Positions 10,070 through 19,902 of a stretch of DNA of 20,000 bases are shown here, in pieces; the first letter of the stretch is position 1, and every line of letters starts with the position of its first letter. The notes beneath the pieces were generated by a model, which worked only from the letters and a program-made list of their open reading frames with translations, was not told the origin of the DNA and did not search any database. Origin of the DNA: Ancylonema sp. (Eukaryota); contig JBFLGF010000019.1 of NCBI GenBank assembly GCA_050230475.1, positions 114,576 to 134,575 of the forward strand, given 5' to 3'. The translations under genes were made by a program, and so were the position numbers.

Positions 10070-11460
10070 TCAGCCCACCTCTCTGGACGAGGCAGTTGGT
10101 GACACCACTAGGGTCGCAGCGAATGTAGGGACGTGCAGAGCAGCGAGAGGGACGAAAGAGGAGTCGTCTTTCTTCACTTTCACGTGCACGAAGCCTGTCC
10201 CCTCGACCTTGTGAGGCGTGCCATCGGCCGTGTGGATGAAAGAATGCTGCATTGGGACGTTGGTGTCGTACTCGACGAAGTGGTCTCGGTTTACGAAGAC
10301 GTGATCGGTCGAGCCTGAATCAAGCCACAGATGCAAGCAATCAGTTCCAGCTGCCATCGTAATCCGTGCGTCAGATGAGAATGCTGCATAAGCCAAGGAT
10401 TTAGAGGCATCGAAAGCTGTGTCTGGTCTTGCGGCAAGTCTAGCCTGAGCTTGATCACGAAGATTCGAATCAGGTGCAGACAATGCCTGATCAGATTTAC
10501 GCTTCATACATTCTGCCAATGTGTGTCCAAGCTTATCACAGTATCTGCATTTAGGTTTCGGACTGCCACTTCCCTGGCCAGCCGATCTTCCTCCTCCACC
10601 TTGCCGTTGCTGGCCGCATTGCGACAGCCTGTGGCCGGTCTGGTTACAGCCATGGCACCTCATTGGCGGACGCACGGGACAGTCCGACTTCAGGTGGCCA
10701 TACTGGTTGCAGCCGTAGCACTGAGTTCTCGTCAGGTCGCGACTTCCGGGAACGCCGATCCCACCTGGTCGACTTGGGCCAGCTCCGGAGCTGCCCGAGT
10801 AACCTCCCCTTCCTACGAAATTGGCCTGCTGCCCCGGCAGCGCCCCTCTCTTCCGGTCGTTGCAGAAGACCTCCCGTCGAGCGCCAGCTGACAGAGTGTT
10901 GACGGCCTGAGGGATCGTGAAGAGTGATGGTGCAGAAACTGCCCAGGACATCACGCTCTCCACTCGTGCGCTGTAGCGAGGAGTGTTCAAGGAATTCAGG
11001 AAGTTAATCGTCTGCTTTGCCGGCGGCTTGACTGGCTCCCCCAGATGCCCCAGCCGATTGTGCAGCTCCTAAAGTCGCTTGACGTAGTCGCTCAGGTTCT
11101 CCGCCTCTCCCATGATAATTGCCGTGAGCTCAGCTTCAGCGTTGGCAATTTCGATGGCTCCCTGAATGTTGTAGAAAGACTTCAGGGCGTCCCACATATC
11201 CGTTGCGGTTTCGCAATTCCGTACTTGCGTTAGCTCCCCCGTCTGGAGGTGTTTGACAATATACGCCATCGCACCGATATTCTCTTCTTCGACTAGACCT
11301 CTCGAAAGAGAGTCTGTCGACCGATGAACAGGGTGCGTGCCGTGATCGTTCTGGCGACGTCCGCAGCATCCATCGTATCGAGCTCATCCTGCGTGTGTGG
11401 TAGAAACACGAGAGGCTCTGTTTGTCGGCGATTTACCCCAATCCATGACGATGTCATGCA
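10070..11460 (-). pseudogene. Copia gag (three CCHC knuckles) and protease
   Basis: Copia gag-like NCETATDMWDALKSFY..ENLSDYVKRL, knuckles CYGCNQYGHLKSDC, CHGCNQTGHRLSQC and CRYCDKLGHTLAEC, and protease WLDSGSTDH..VEGTG..LHVP. The start position is approximate. Confidence 0.9.
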
Positions 11461-11763
11461 GCTCTTTATCAACCAGACCGAATTTTATCTTAAATGCCCA
11501 CCATTTGTAGTTTGCTCCTGTGAAGACCGGAATGTATGACTTTTCCGTCATGTTAAGCAACAACTAAAATTATTGGTGCTCAGCTCCCAGTTGCTTTCTT
11601 GAGCGTGTTTCGTGCAGCGCTGCTCACACCTCAGTCACTGGCAGCGCAATCGAAGGATTACGTGCAGTACTACTTAATGACCTCTACCTCAGAGTCTCTT
11701 CGCAGCAAATCGCGTGGAAATGCCTGTAGTTATTGAGAGAGCGTCTTTAACTAGACCGCCTAG

Positions 11764-11776
11764 TGGGCCCATAACC
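11764..11776 (-). promoter_or_regulatory. Primer-binding site, half-tRNAiMet type
   Basis: GGTTATGGGCCCA directly follows the 5' LTR and matches the Drosophila copia-type PBS. Confidence 0.88.
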
Positions 11777-12226
11777 TTTTAGCAATGTTACGTGATACGG
11801 GTGCGAGATCGAGTGAATCTTTCCGTACAAGGAACTACGTCTCTCAGAAATGATAAATGACAAGTATTGTGTTGGAAGAATATTATTGAATGGTCGGCAT
11901 CGTGTAGGTATACCACGATGCCTCGTCCAAAGCAAGAATCTACAAAGTACAAAGCGTGCCGACGGTCGTATCTGCGGACCCTCGGCCTATCATAACTCAA
12001 CAACAGTCAGATCCTGACAACGGCACACGCCGGACAGTCTGACAAAACATAACGTCTAGATTCGGAACCATCTACGTGCTACAAACGGCACAATCGAAAC
12101 GTCATATTCGGGTGCCCGGACATAAGTCCGGCCCCTCAACATAAGCACACCCTAGGAACCCCACCGGTTACACTAACCGGCAGTCTAGCACGCTAGCAAA
12201 CATGGCTATCCGATATAATTCCTACA
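11777..12226 (-). repeat. Copia 5' LTR
   Basis: Direct repeat of 5776-6232, adjacent to the PBS. Confidence 0.93.
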
Positions 12227-12231
12227 CACCC

Positions 12232-12693
12232 TAGAACCCTCGTTACAGTCACTAGGGCTCCCTAGCGAGGTCCCCACACTTAGCGCTAGAGCACTACTAG
12301 AACATATTTCCCTATATCGAGTTTTCCCCCTTTATAGTGAGACTTGTGTCCCTAGCGGCCGCCTGGCCCCTAGGGAGTATCCTGTTGTGTCCTTAGTCAT
12401 GGCAGTAGTGCCTTTAGCCAGATTCTGTTGTGTACTTAGCCGCCGTTGACTTAGTTATCCCACATTGTTCCCAGAGTCGGCTAGGGCCGACTTTCCTATA
12501 TCTAGCCGATAGGAATGCCTCTAGAGCATTCCTATCAACTCATGTACTTGCACCTTGTTGTGCCTACCATATCAACCAAACCATTTGATCATCGGCTCAT
12601 TAGCCTCCATCCTATCGGCTCATTTCGCCATTGCTTTGTGTGTGCACTTGCAACATAGATTGCTAGGAGTTCCATTCTATTCCACTCCTAACA
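12232..12693 (+). repeat. Remainder of G3 3' LTR
   Basis: Resumes with TAGAACCCTCGTTACAGTCACTAGGGCTCCC, ends TCCACTCCTAACA, and is an inverse homologue of 3341-3771. Confidence 0.92.
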
Positions 12694-13134
12694 AAACGGC
12701 ACACTTGATAACGATTGTTGACGATTTCAGAATACACGAATTCACGCAGATTGCAACGGAATGACGATTGCAAAGAGTTGTTGAAATTCAGACAACGTAA
12801 ACTGACAGCGAAAGCAAGCTGTTCAGAAAGCGACTTAGGCTTCAGTACAATCGACGCGTCGTTTCACACGCGCGGTGATATAGATTTTATCTAGATCTAA
12901 GGCTGAAAACAAATATCGACTATACATTTAATCGTGACTGTCTATTCTAGAGTTCTAGATTTTACACGTGCGGTCGTTCACTAGCCAGGCTGGCTGACCA
13001 AAATAAAGCTCGGCCCGCACTGGGAATCTACTAACTCGTCGATAAGACAAAATACTCCGAATTAAAATCTAAAAAGTGGTACACCGACTTTTCTAGATTC
13101 ACTAAGTATAACAAAATTATCAAATCAAGCGTCT

Positions 13135-13235
13135 TACTGATCGAAACTCATATAACGACAAAGTTCGATATAACGACTAAAAATCGACATTTACCAAAAT
13201 TGCTATTTTTCAAGCGGATCGACAATTAAAAATAC
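13135..13235 (+). mobile_element. Possible degenerate end of a pogo/Tigger-like DNA transposon
   Basis: TA followed by CTGATCGAAACTCATATAACGAC...CGATATAACGAC, the same core motif as the TIR of the 18436-19056 MITE. No partner end is seen. Confidence 0.35.
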
Positions 13236-13259
13236 TTTACTTTCTAACGATCTCTAGCG

Positions 13260-14160
13260 GCATGACAAACTTGCGGTAGTATGAAAACAAACCCTGAGGT
13301 GCTCGAAGTTGGTGAATATCCTTAGGTGTTGGCATATCCTTGATAGCTCTTGTTTTCTCATCATGTGGTGCAATACCCTTCCCAGAGATCTTGTGTCCGA
13401 GAAAATCCATTTCATCAGCAAAGAACAAACACGTACCTGGATGACATTTCAGCTTGAATTGGAGGAGGCGGTGGAAAATCTGGCGAAGTTGTTACAGGTG
13501 GTCCTCAAAAGTGTTGCTTCAGTTGCTTATGTCATCAATGTAGCAACGTGAGTTGCGTAGTCCTACCAGAATTTGATCCATGGTACGTTGAAAGAATGGT
13601 GGTGCATTCTTGAGTCCATATGGTACAACATTCCATTCATAAAGTTAACGGTCAACTCCCCAAAAATCTGTTTCGTATTTGTCTGTTTCGAAGATAGGAA
13701 TCTGGTGGTATCCTTGTCGTAAATCCAACTTTGTGAATCTTTTGGCTTCTTTCATGTCTTAAAAGATGTCCTCAATGCGTGGAAGCAGATACTTGTCTTG
13801 TTGGGTGTGGTTATTGATAGGACGGTAATCGCCACATTGGCGAAAGTCAATGGGTTGCCCATTCTCGTCCTTTTTACGTATCACGACGGTAGCCAAGGCG
13901 TAATTATTACTATCACTTCTGCGGATCATTTCGAGTTCAAGTAATTTTTGACAGATTTTGCGAACAAAACTCCATTCTGTGTCAGAAAGACGATTGGAAT
14001 TTTGGAAGATTGGTTGAGCTGTTTGCAAAGGAATTTCCATAGGAGTATTGTTGGAAGGTAGTAACTCTTCAAGAGAAAATGCGAAGACATCGCGATTTTC
14101 CTACAAAAGGTCAATGACTTTAAGTTTTTGTTCCTCCGTAAGGTTGTTGCCAATTTTCTA
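13260..14160 (-). pseudogene. Ty3/gypsy reverse transcriptase (different family from G1)
   Basis: ENRDVFAFSLEEL, RQCGDYRPIN, DKYLLPRIEDIF, FTKLDLRQGYHQI, VPYGLKNAPPFFQRTMD, CYIDDI, FLGHKIS and GLFSYYRKFV. Confidence 0.95.
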
Positions 14161-14441
14161 TGTAATAGGTTTCACCTCAGTTTCAGGTGGTGAATCCGGG
14201 TTGGATGGAATCATATTGTCATCGGTTACAGTTGTGGATTGATAATCGGTTTCACTCAAAAGTGCTTGAGTTATAGGAATCCTGAGCGCGTTGGCGTTGC
14301 TTAGTGGAGGTGAAATGCTGGTTATTCCTTTTGTTGTAGAACTCGTTTGTCTCAGAGTCATAATGAAATGTGTGGTATAATGGAGAAATAGGTTAGATGC
14401 CCCCCCCCTCTTTCCTTGGTCGGCAGTGTGGGGTGCGCACC

Positions 14442-15470
14442 CTATGCGAGGCTATATGATAGAAGTGCATGAATAGCCATGAGAATGCCTCCCAACCATT
14501 TGGCCATGTTGCGATCCATTGTGCGTCCCAACAATGCCGTTTGCGTGTTCTCCGAAATGCCTGGTGCACATGTATCCCCAGTGTCAAAACCCAGTAGTCG
14601 TTCACGTTCCCGGACATTTGCTTCCTCTCGGTCATGTTTTTTTGTGTTGTAAAGCATACCAGGGCCTTGTTGGTGGTACCCTTGAAACTTAAACTAGTAA
14701 CTCCCTGGGTATGAAATATGTGTCGGTAGTGCACGACGTAGCTGTCCTGGCTTTGTTAACTGGGGTAAATGGTGGTTCATCATCTTTGAGTACCTTGTTT
14801 GGTCGATGATGTGGTTCAAGAATGGTTGCAAATGGTGGTAATTCCGGGGTGTCCGGAATAGCTAGTTCCAATACATTTGGTGAGATCCAGTTGGTCCAGA
14901 TGTATCGAACACGGTGAGTAGTGCTACCGAAACTGCGTGCATCGGCAATTGCTCGAAAGCCCAAGAAGGACTTGATGAGTGTGGTTATATCTCGAATTTC
15001 CTTAACCAAATCACCAAATGGATATGTGTTCTCCAAAATAAATACTGGTGGGTATTTTTGAACATTGATGAGATGGTTGATGGCTCGGATGAGATCAAAA
15101 CAATATGGAAATCGTCGATTATAGTAACCCTTGCCTTGTCCGGTTTTACTGACCATCTGACATTCCCACCCAGCGAAGATGAAATCAATGGGTCCTCTTT
15201 GTATGAAAAGGTCATCCAGATCCTCATTGGATATTTTGGAAATGTCATGGGAAAGTCGAGTGTCGAATCCCTTTATTGCACTAGTGGGCAATTGTCCTCG
15301 GTATCGAACCTAAATTTTGGGTAATGTGGCACGAGTAATGTCACGTGCATCTTGGTCAATGTCGGTGTGTGTATAAGTTCCAATATTGTTTCCTTCTTCA
15401 AGATGCATGATAGCGCCACTGCAACTCATGCCTCCAAATGGTTCCCAAATGTGTAGACCATCGTGCAGCG
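14442..15470 (-). pseudogene. C5 cytosine DNA methyltransferase catalytic domain (DNMT3-like), frameshifted
   Basis: Motif I IWEPFGG (~15431-15450), II TDID, III HDIS, IV DFIFAGWECQ (GWECQ at 15157-15171), VI FILENT, VIII HRVRYIWTNW, IX ERERLLGF..GDT, X LLGRTMD. Confidence 0.9.
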
Positions 15471-16053
15471 CCTTGGGTTGTAGGCGTGCTGTGTATGATG
15501 GATCGATTGGTACGGCATTCCGAATCGGTATACCTTTCCATGCGTTCCATTGTGGTAATGGTACGAAAATATTGTGCACTGTTGATGCGCAAAGTTGTGA
15601 GTCGGTTGATTGCACGGTGTTCATTAACTTGTGCAGCATTGAGCTGTGGTCGATGTGCTTGTCGAATGTCGGTTTGTTTGGATGTAGCAAGGTATACCAT
15701 AGTGTTGGTTTCCCATTCCTGCAACTAAGGTTGGTACTCATAGTCGATCGGTGCATCCAGGAAATTTTGTGGTTCATGGTACAAACCATCTTCCATGATA
15801 CAAAACTCAAATTCCGTCAAAATATCCTCTTCTGCTGTGGAGTGTAACAAATTTGCGTTCGGAATTTGCATAAATGTGTACGAAAAAGTGTAGGTAACAC
15901 CTTCTTCCATGTACTGAAAATGTACCGATGCCGCGTGTGGCAAGGTGTATTTGACACGAATTGAGGCACGATGTGTGCCTTGCTTCTGCCAGTCGACGCG
16001 ATAATGAAAGTGTTGACTCCACGAGTCAATACCTCCTATTGGTCCCAGGACAG

Positions 16054-16679
16054 TGTCATGCCTATATGAATCGTCTAGAAACCCCTCTGTTTTAATCAGA
16101 ATATTAAAATAGCCGCACCGCTATGTTTTTCCGCCTTGTCACGACTCCGCCCCCGCTCATTTCATTCCGAGCTTTGTCGGTGACTGGCGCCCTTTTATTA
16201 AAGTTTCGAGTAGTCAACCTTTGACTAGCTCCCTTTTGTATTTGAATTGATTAGACTACGTGTCATACTTGTCATCAATAGAAATCGTGACCGTAGCTCT
16301 TTCGATCAACAGCTCATAATAAATTAGAGATGTCTGCAGCCAATTATAGCGTGCGCGCCGAGTTGATTTATATCTTTTTCGCCACGCGCATCCGAGCGAG
16401 CGCGCGAGTAGAGTATTCGAGTTTTACAATAAACACTCTTGTACAACTTTCAAATCTCAGCTTTCGCTGAATTTGACGCTGAAGAGATTTTCCTTGCACA
16501 CCATTGTTTTCCTCGACACCGAAATTGCATCCAGTTGTCGCTTTTCAATTTGTGAATTACCCTCGTTACCGAAGTTATCGATTGTTTGTCCTACTGCGCA
16601 GTCAAAAATCACCTGTTTGAATTACCGAGCCTTCGCTCATCTGTGCAATCCATTCGCACATATATTTTGCTGCTATTGA
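16054..16679 (+). repeat. Fold-back repeat, arm 1
   Basis: Reverse complement of about 16715-17413 and direct homologue of about 19168-19874. It carries an ~80-bp deletion near 16520. Confidence 0.92.
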
Positions 16680-17696
16680 TTATGATACAGTTCTGCAAAA
16701 CTTGTTAATAGCACCAAAAGAGATGTGCGAATGGATTGCACGGATGAGCGAACGCTCGGTAATTCAAACATGTGATTTTTTACTGCGCAGCAGGTCAAAC
16801 AATCGATAACTTCAGTAACGAGGGTAATTCACAAATCGCAAAGCGACAGCTTGATGCAAAGTAATCACTACTAAGCGAACGCTCGATACATACGATGTTG
16901 CGAAAGCAAAAGATCAAAGATTGCGCAAGGCAAAAAAATTAGAGTGTCGAGGAAAACAATGGTGTGCAAGGAAAATTTCTTTAGTGTCGAATTCAGCGAA
17001 AGCTGAGATTTGAAAGTTGTACAAGTGTCTTTATTGTAAAACTCAAATATTCTACTCGCGCGCTCGCTCGGATGCGCGTGGCAAATAATATATAAATCAA
17101 CTCGGCGCGCACGCTATAATTGGTTGCAGACATCTCTAATTGATTATGAGATGTTGCTCTGAAGAGCTACGGTCACGATTGCTATTGATGACAAGTCTAA
17201 CACGTAGTCTAATTAATTCAAATACAACGGGGAGCTAGTCAAAGGTTGATTGCTCGAAACTTTAATAAAAGGGCGCCGGTCACCGACGAAGCTCGGAATG
17301 AAATGAGCGGGGGTGAAGTCGTGACAAGGCGGAAAAATCATAACGGTGCGGCTATTTTAATATTCTGATTAAAACATAGGGGTTTCTAGGTGACGATTCA
17401 TACAGGCATGACAGTTGACGTGCCAGATGAGATCGGTAGGGTAATTGGGTCATCGATGATGGAATCTTTCGATGAAGGGGTAATGGCACTCAAAGTATCG
17501 ACAGAAAGGGGTCTTGTCGATGTAGTAGAGGTGCAGATAGGAGGCTGGAATATCGCTGACGTGCCATATGAGATCGGTAGGGTAATTGGGTCATCGATGA
17601 TGGAATCAGTCGATGAAGGGGTAATCGCACTCAAAGTATCAACATAAAGGGGTCTTGTCGATGTAGTGGAGGTGCAGATAGGAGGCTGGAATATCG
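16678..17696 (-). repeat. Fold-back repeat, arm 2 (inverted)
   Basis: Inverted relative to both arm 1 and arm 3. Confidence 0.92.
17416..17696. repeat. 141-bp tandem duplication
   Basis: TGACGTGCCA...GGCTGGAATATCG starts at 17416 and again at 17557. Arm 3 has a single copy. Confidence 0.92.
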
Positions 17697-17914
17697 TAAC
17701 TTCCCCCCTTAGATTGAAGAGCTATGCGTTCACATCTGGGAAATCAACAGAAAAGGGTAAAGTGATCAGGATCACAGTCACAAATTGTAGCATGTAATGA
17801 TGTAGCACAAGGGTTCTTCTCAGAAGCTCAAAAATGACAAGTTGTCGATATTGTTGAATGTGTAGTCATCACAGCATCAGGGTATGCAGACATTGTAAGA
17901 GATGTAAATGGAAG

Positions 17915-18390
17915 GGTATATATCATTAGTTAATCAATCTTATATAAATAAGATATTTCTCATATTCTCTATCAATATGATTATAATATATTCTCATAGC
18001 TATATATTGTACTATATTTATAAATACATATAAATGATAATATTATATATTATAATATTAATGTAATAATAATATATATATGTAATATATCTAGTTGTAA
18101 ACTAGTATATATATACATTGAAATTAATACAATTTTAGTAATATTAATATATATTATTAAAAATATGTTAAAAATATATTTATATTTAAATATTATATAT
18201 GTTAAAATTATGTATATGTATATTTTCGAATACTATATATTATACATATATTTACTATATATGTAGATATAAATATGCTGATATATTAATAATACATTAT
18301 AATGTATGCTATGTATTAGTATATATACATGAAATTAGATGAAATTATATATTAATATAAATAGACATCATTATTATATACACATACATC
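17915..18390. other. Extremely AT-rich low-complexity spacer
   Basis: TA-dominated sequence, roughly 85-90% AT by eye. Confidence 0.9.
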
Positions 18391-18405
18391 CCAAATTTTT
18401 GGGAC

Positions 18406-19902
18406 TATTCCAGCCTCCTATCTGCACCTCCACTACAGTGCTCCCTCGATATAACGACAAAAAACAAATCCATGAAAGTGTCCTTATATCGAGGTGTCGT
18501 TATACACTGTATAACGACAATTACTACTATAATCTAAAATATATGTCGTTGTATCGAGGGACTTTGCGAATGAAGCAAAGTGAATAAGAAAAAGTGTTTC
18601 TTATGTATTTCCTAGAGTAAGTTGCCTTGGCATGATTCTGAAATTCAGCGTGTGTATTGATATACGAGCTATACAAGTGCGTCACATGATACCAATACAT
18701 GCGGATGGACAAAATATACCACAAAATTTTACGAGGAGAGTTGGGGAGGTATTAAGGTTGTTACAAAAACACCGGACACGCACATTCTATTGGACCTTCC
18801 TATATAGAATTCTAAATAAATTTTGAGGTGCCGTTCTAGATTTTTCTCGATTTCCATACATCTCTACGAGCAATAGCGTTATATACAATGTATAACGACA
18901 TTCATTAACAAATTTCTGAAATAATTTGTCATTATATAGAGTGTCGTTATGCTTATATAGAGGGCAATTTCATATTGATTTTGAAAAAAATCCAAAAAAT
19001 TGTCGTTATACCAAGGTTGTCGTTATATCGAGGGTCGTTATATCGAGGGAGCATTGTACATCGACAAGACCCCTTTATGACGATACTTTGAGTGCGATTA
19101 CCCCTTCATCGAATGATTCCATCATCGATGACCCAATTACCCTACCGATCTCATCTAACACGTCAGCTGTCATGCCTGTATGAATCGTCAGCTAGAAACC
19201 CCTCTCTTTTAATCAGCATAGTAAAATAGCCGCACCGCTATGTTTTTCCGCCTTGTCACGACTTCGCCCCCGCTCATTTTATTCCGAGCTTCGTCGGTGA
19301 TCAGCGCCCCTTTTATTAAAGTTTCGAGTACTCAACCTTCGACTAGCTCCCCTTTGTATTTGAATTGATTAGACTACGTGTCACACTTGTCATCAATAGC
19401 AATCGTGACCGTAACTCTTTAGATCAACAACTCATAATCAATTAGAGATGTATGCAGCCAATTATAACGTGCGCGCCGAGTTGATTTAGATATTTGTTGC
19501 CACGCGCATCCGAGCGAGCGCGCGAGTAGAATATTCGAGTTTTATAATAAAGACACTTGTTCAACTTTCAAATCTCAGCTTTCGCTGAATTCGACACTAA
19601 ATAAATTTTCCTTGCACACATTGTTTTCCTCGACACTCTAAATTCTTTGCCTTACGCAATCTTTTATCATTTGCTTTCGCAACATCGTATGTATCGAGCG
19701 TTCGCTCAATTGTGATAACTTTGCATCAAGCTGTCGCTTTGCAATTTGTGAATTACCCTCGTTACCGAAGTTATCGATTGTCTGACCTGCTGCGCAGTCA
19801 AAAACCACCTGTTTGAATTACCGAGCGTTCGCTCATCCGTGCAATCCATTCGCACATATATTTTGCTGCTATTGACAAGTTTTGCAGAACTCTATCATAA
19901 TC
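18406..19902 (+). repeat. Fold-back repeat, arm 3 (contains the MITE)
   Basis: Reverse complement of arm 2 from TATTCCAGCC (18406) to TATCATAATC (19902). Confidence 0.92.
18436..19056. mobile_element. pogo/Tigger-like (Tc1/mariner superfamily) MITE, 621 bp
   Basis: 23-bp TIRs CAGTGCTCCCTCGATATAACGAC with 1 mismatch, TA TSD (18434-18435, 19057-19058) and many subterminal TATAACGAC motifs. The empty site is present in arm 2. Confidence 0.93.

Larger units (their letters stand above)
5776..12231 (-). mobile_element. Full-length degenerate Ty1/copia LTR retrotransposon (~6.45 kb)
   Basis: Two ~450-bp direct LTRs, a PBS, and gag-PR-INT-RT-RH order on the minus strand. Confidence 0.96.
13260..16053 (-). 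mobile_element. Truncated Ty3/gypsy pol fragment with a DNA methyltransferase upstream of RT
   Basis: Co-oriented, contiguous coding-like sequence: putative protease tail, C5-MTase, linker, RT. Both ends are truncated and no LTRs are present. Confidence 0.85.

Noticed and set aside
14396..14418. Purine tract AAGGAAAGAGGGGGGGGG on the minus strand as a PPT or element boundary
   Set aside because: No TG-starting LTR follows and it lies in the DNMT-RT linker. It cannot be excluded without other copies.
14442..15470. Bacterial restriction-modification methylase or host DNMT3 gene
   Set aside because: There is no endonuclease or operon context, no PWWP/ADD domains and no evident introns, and it is contiguous with a gypsy RT.
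17416..17696. CRISPR-like or satellite array
   Set aside because: There are only two adjacent 141-bp units and no spacers.
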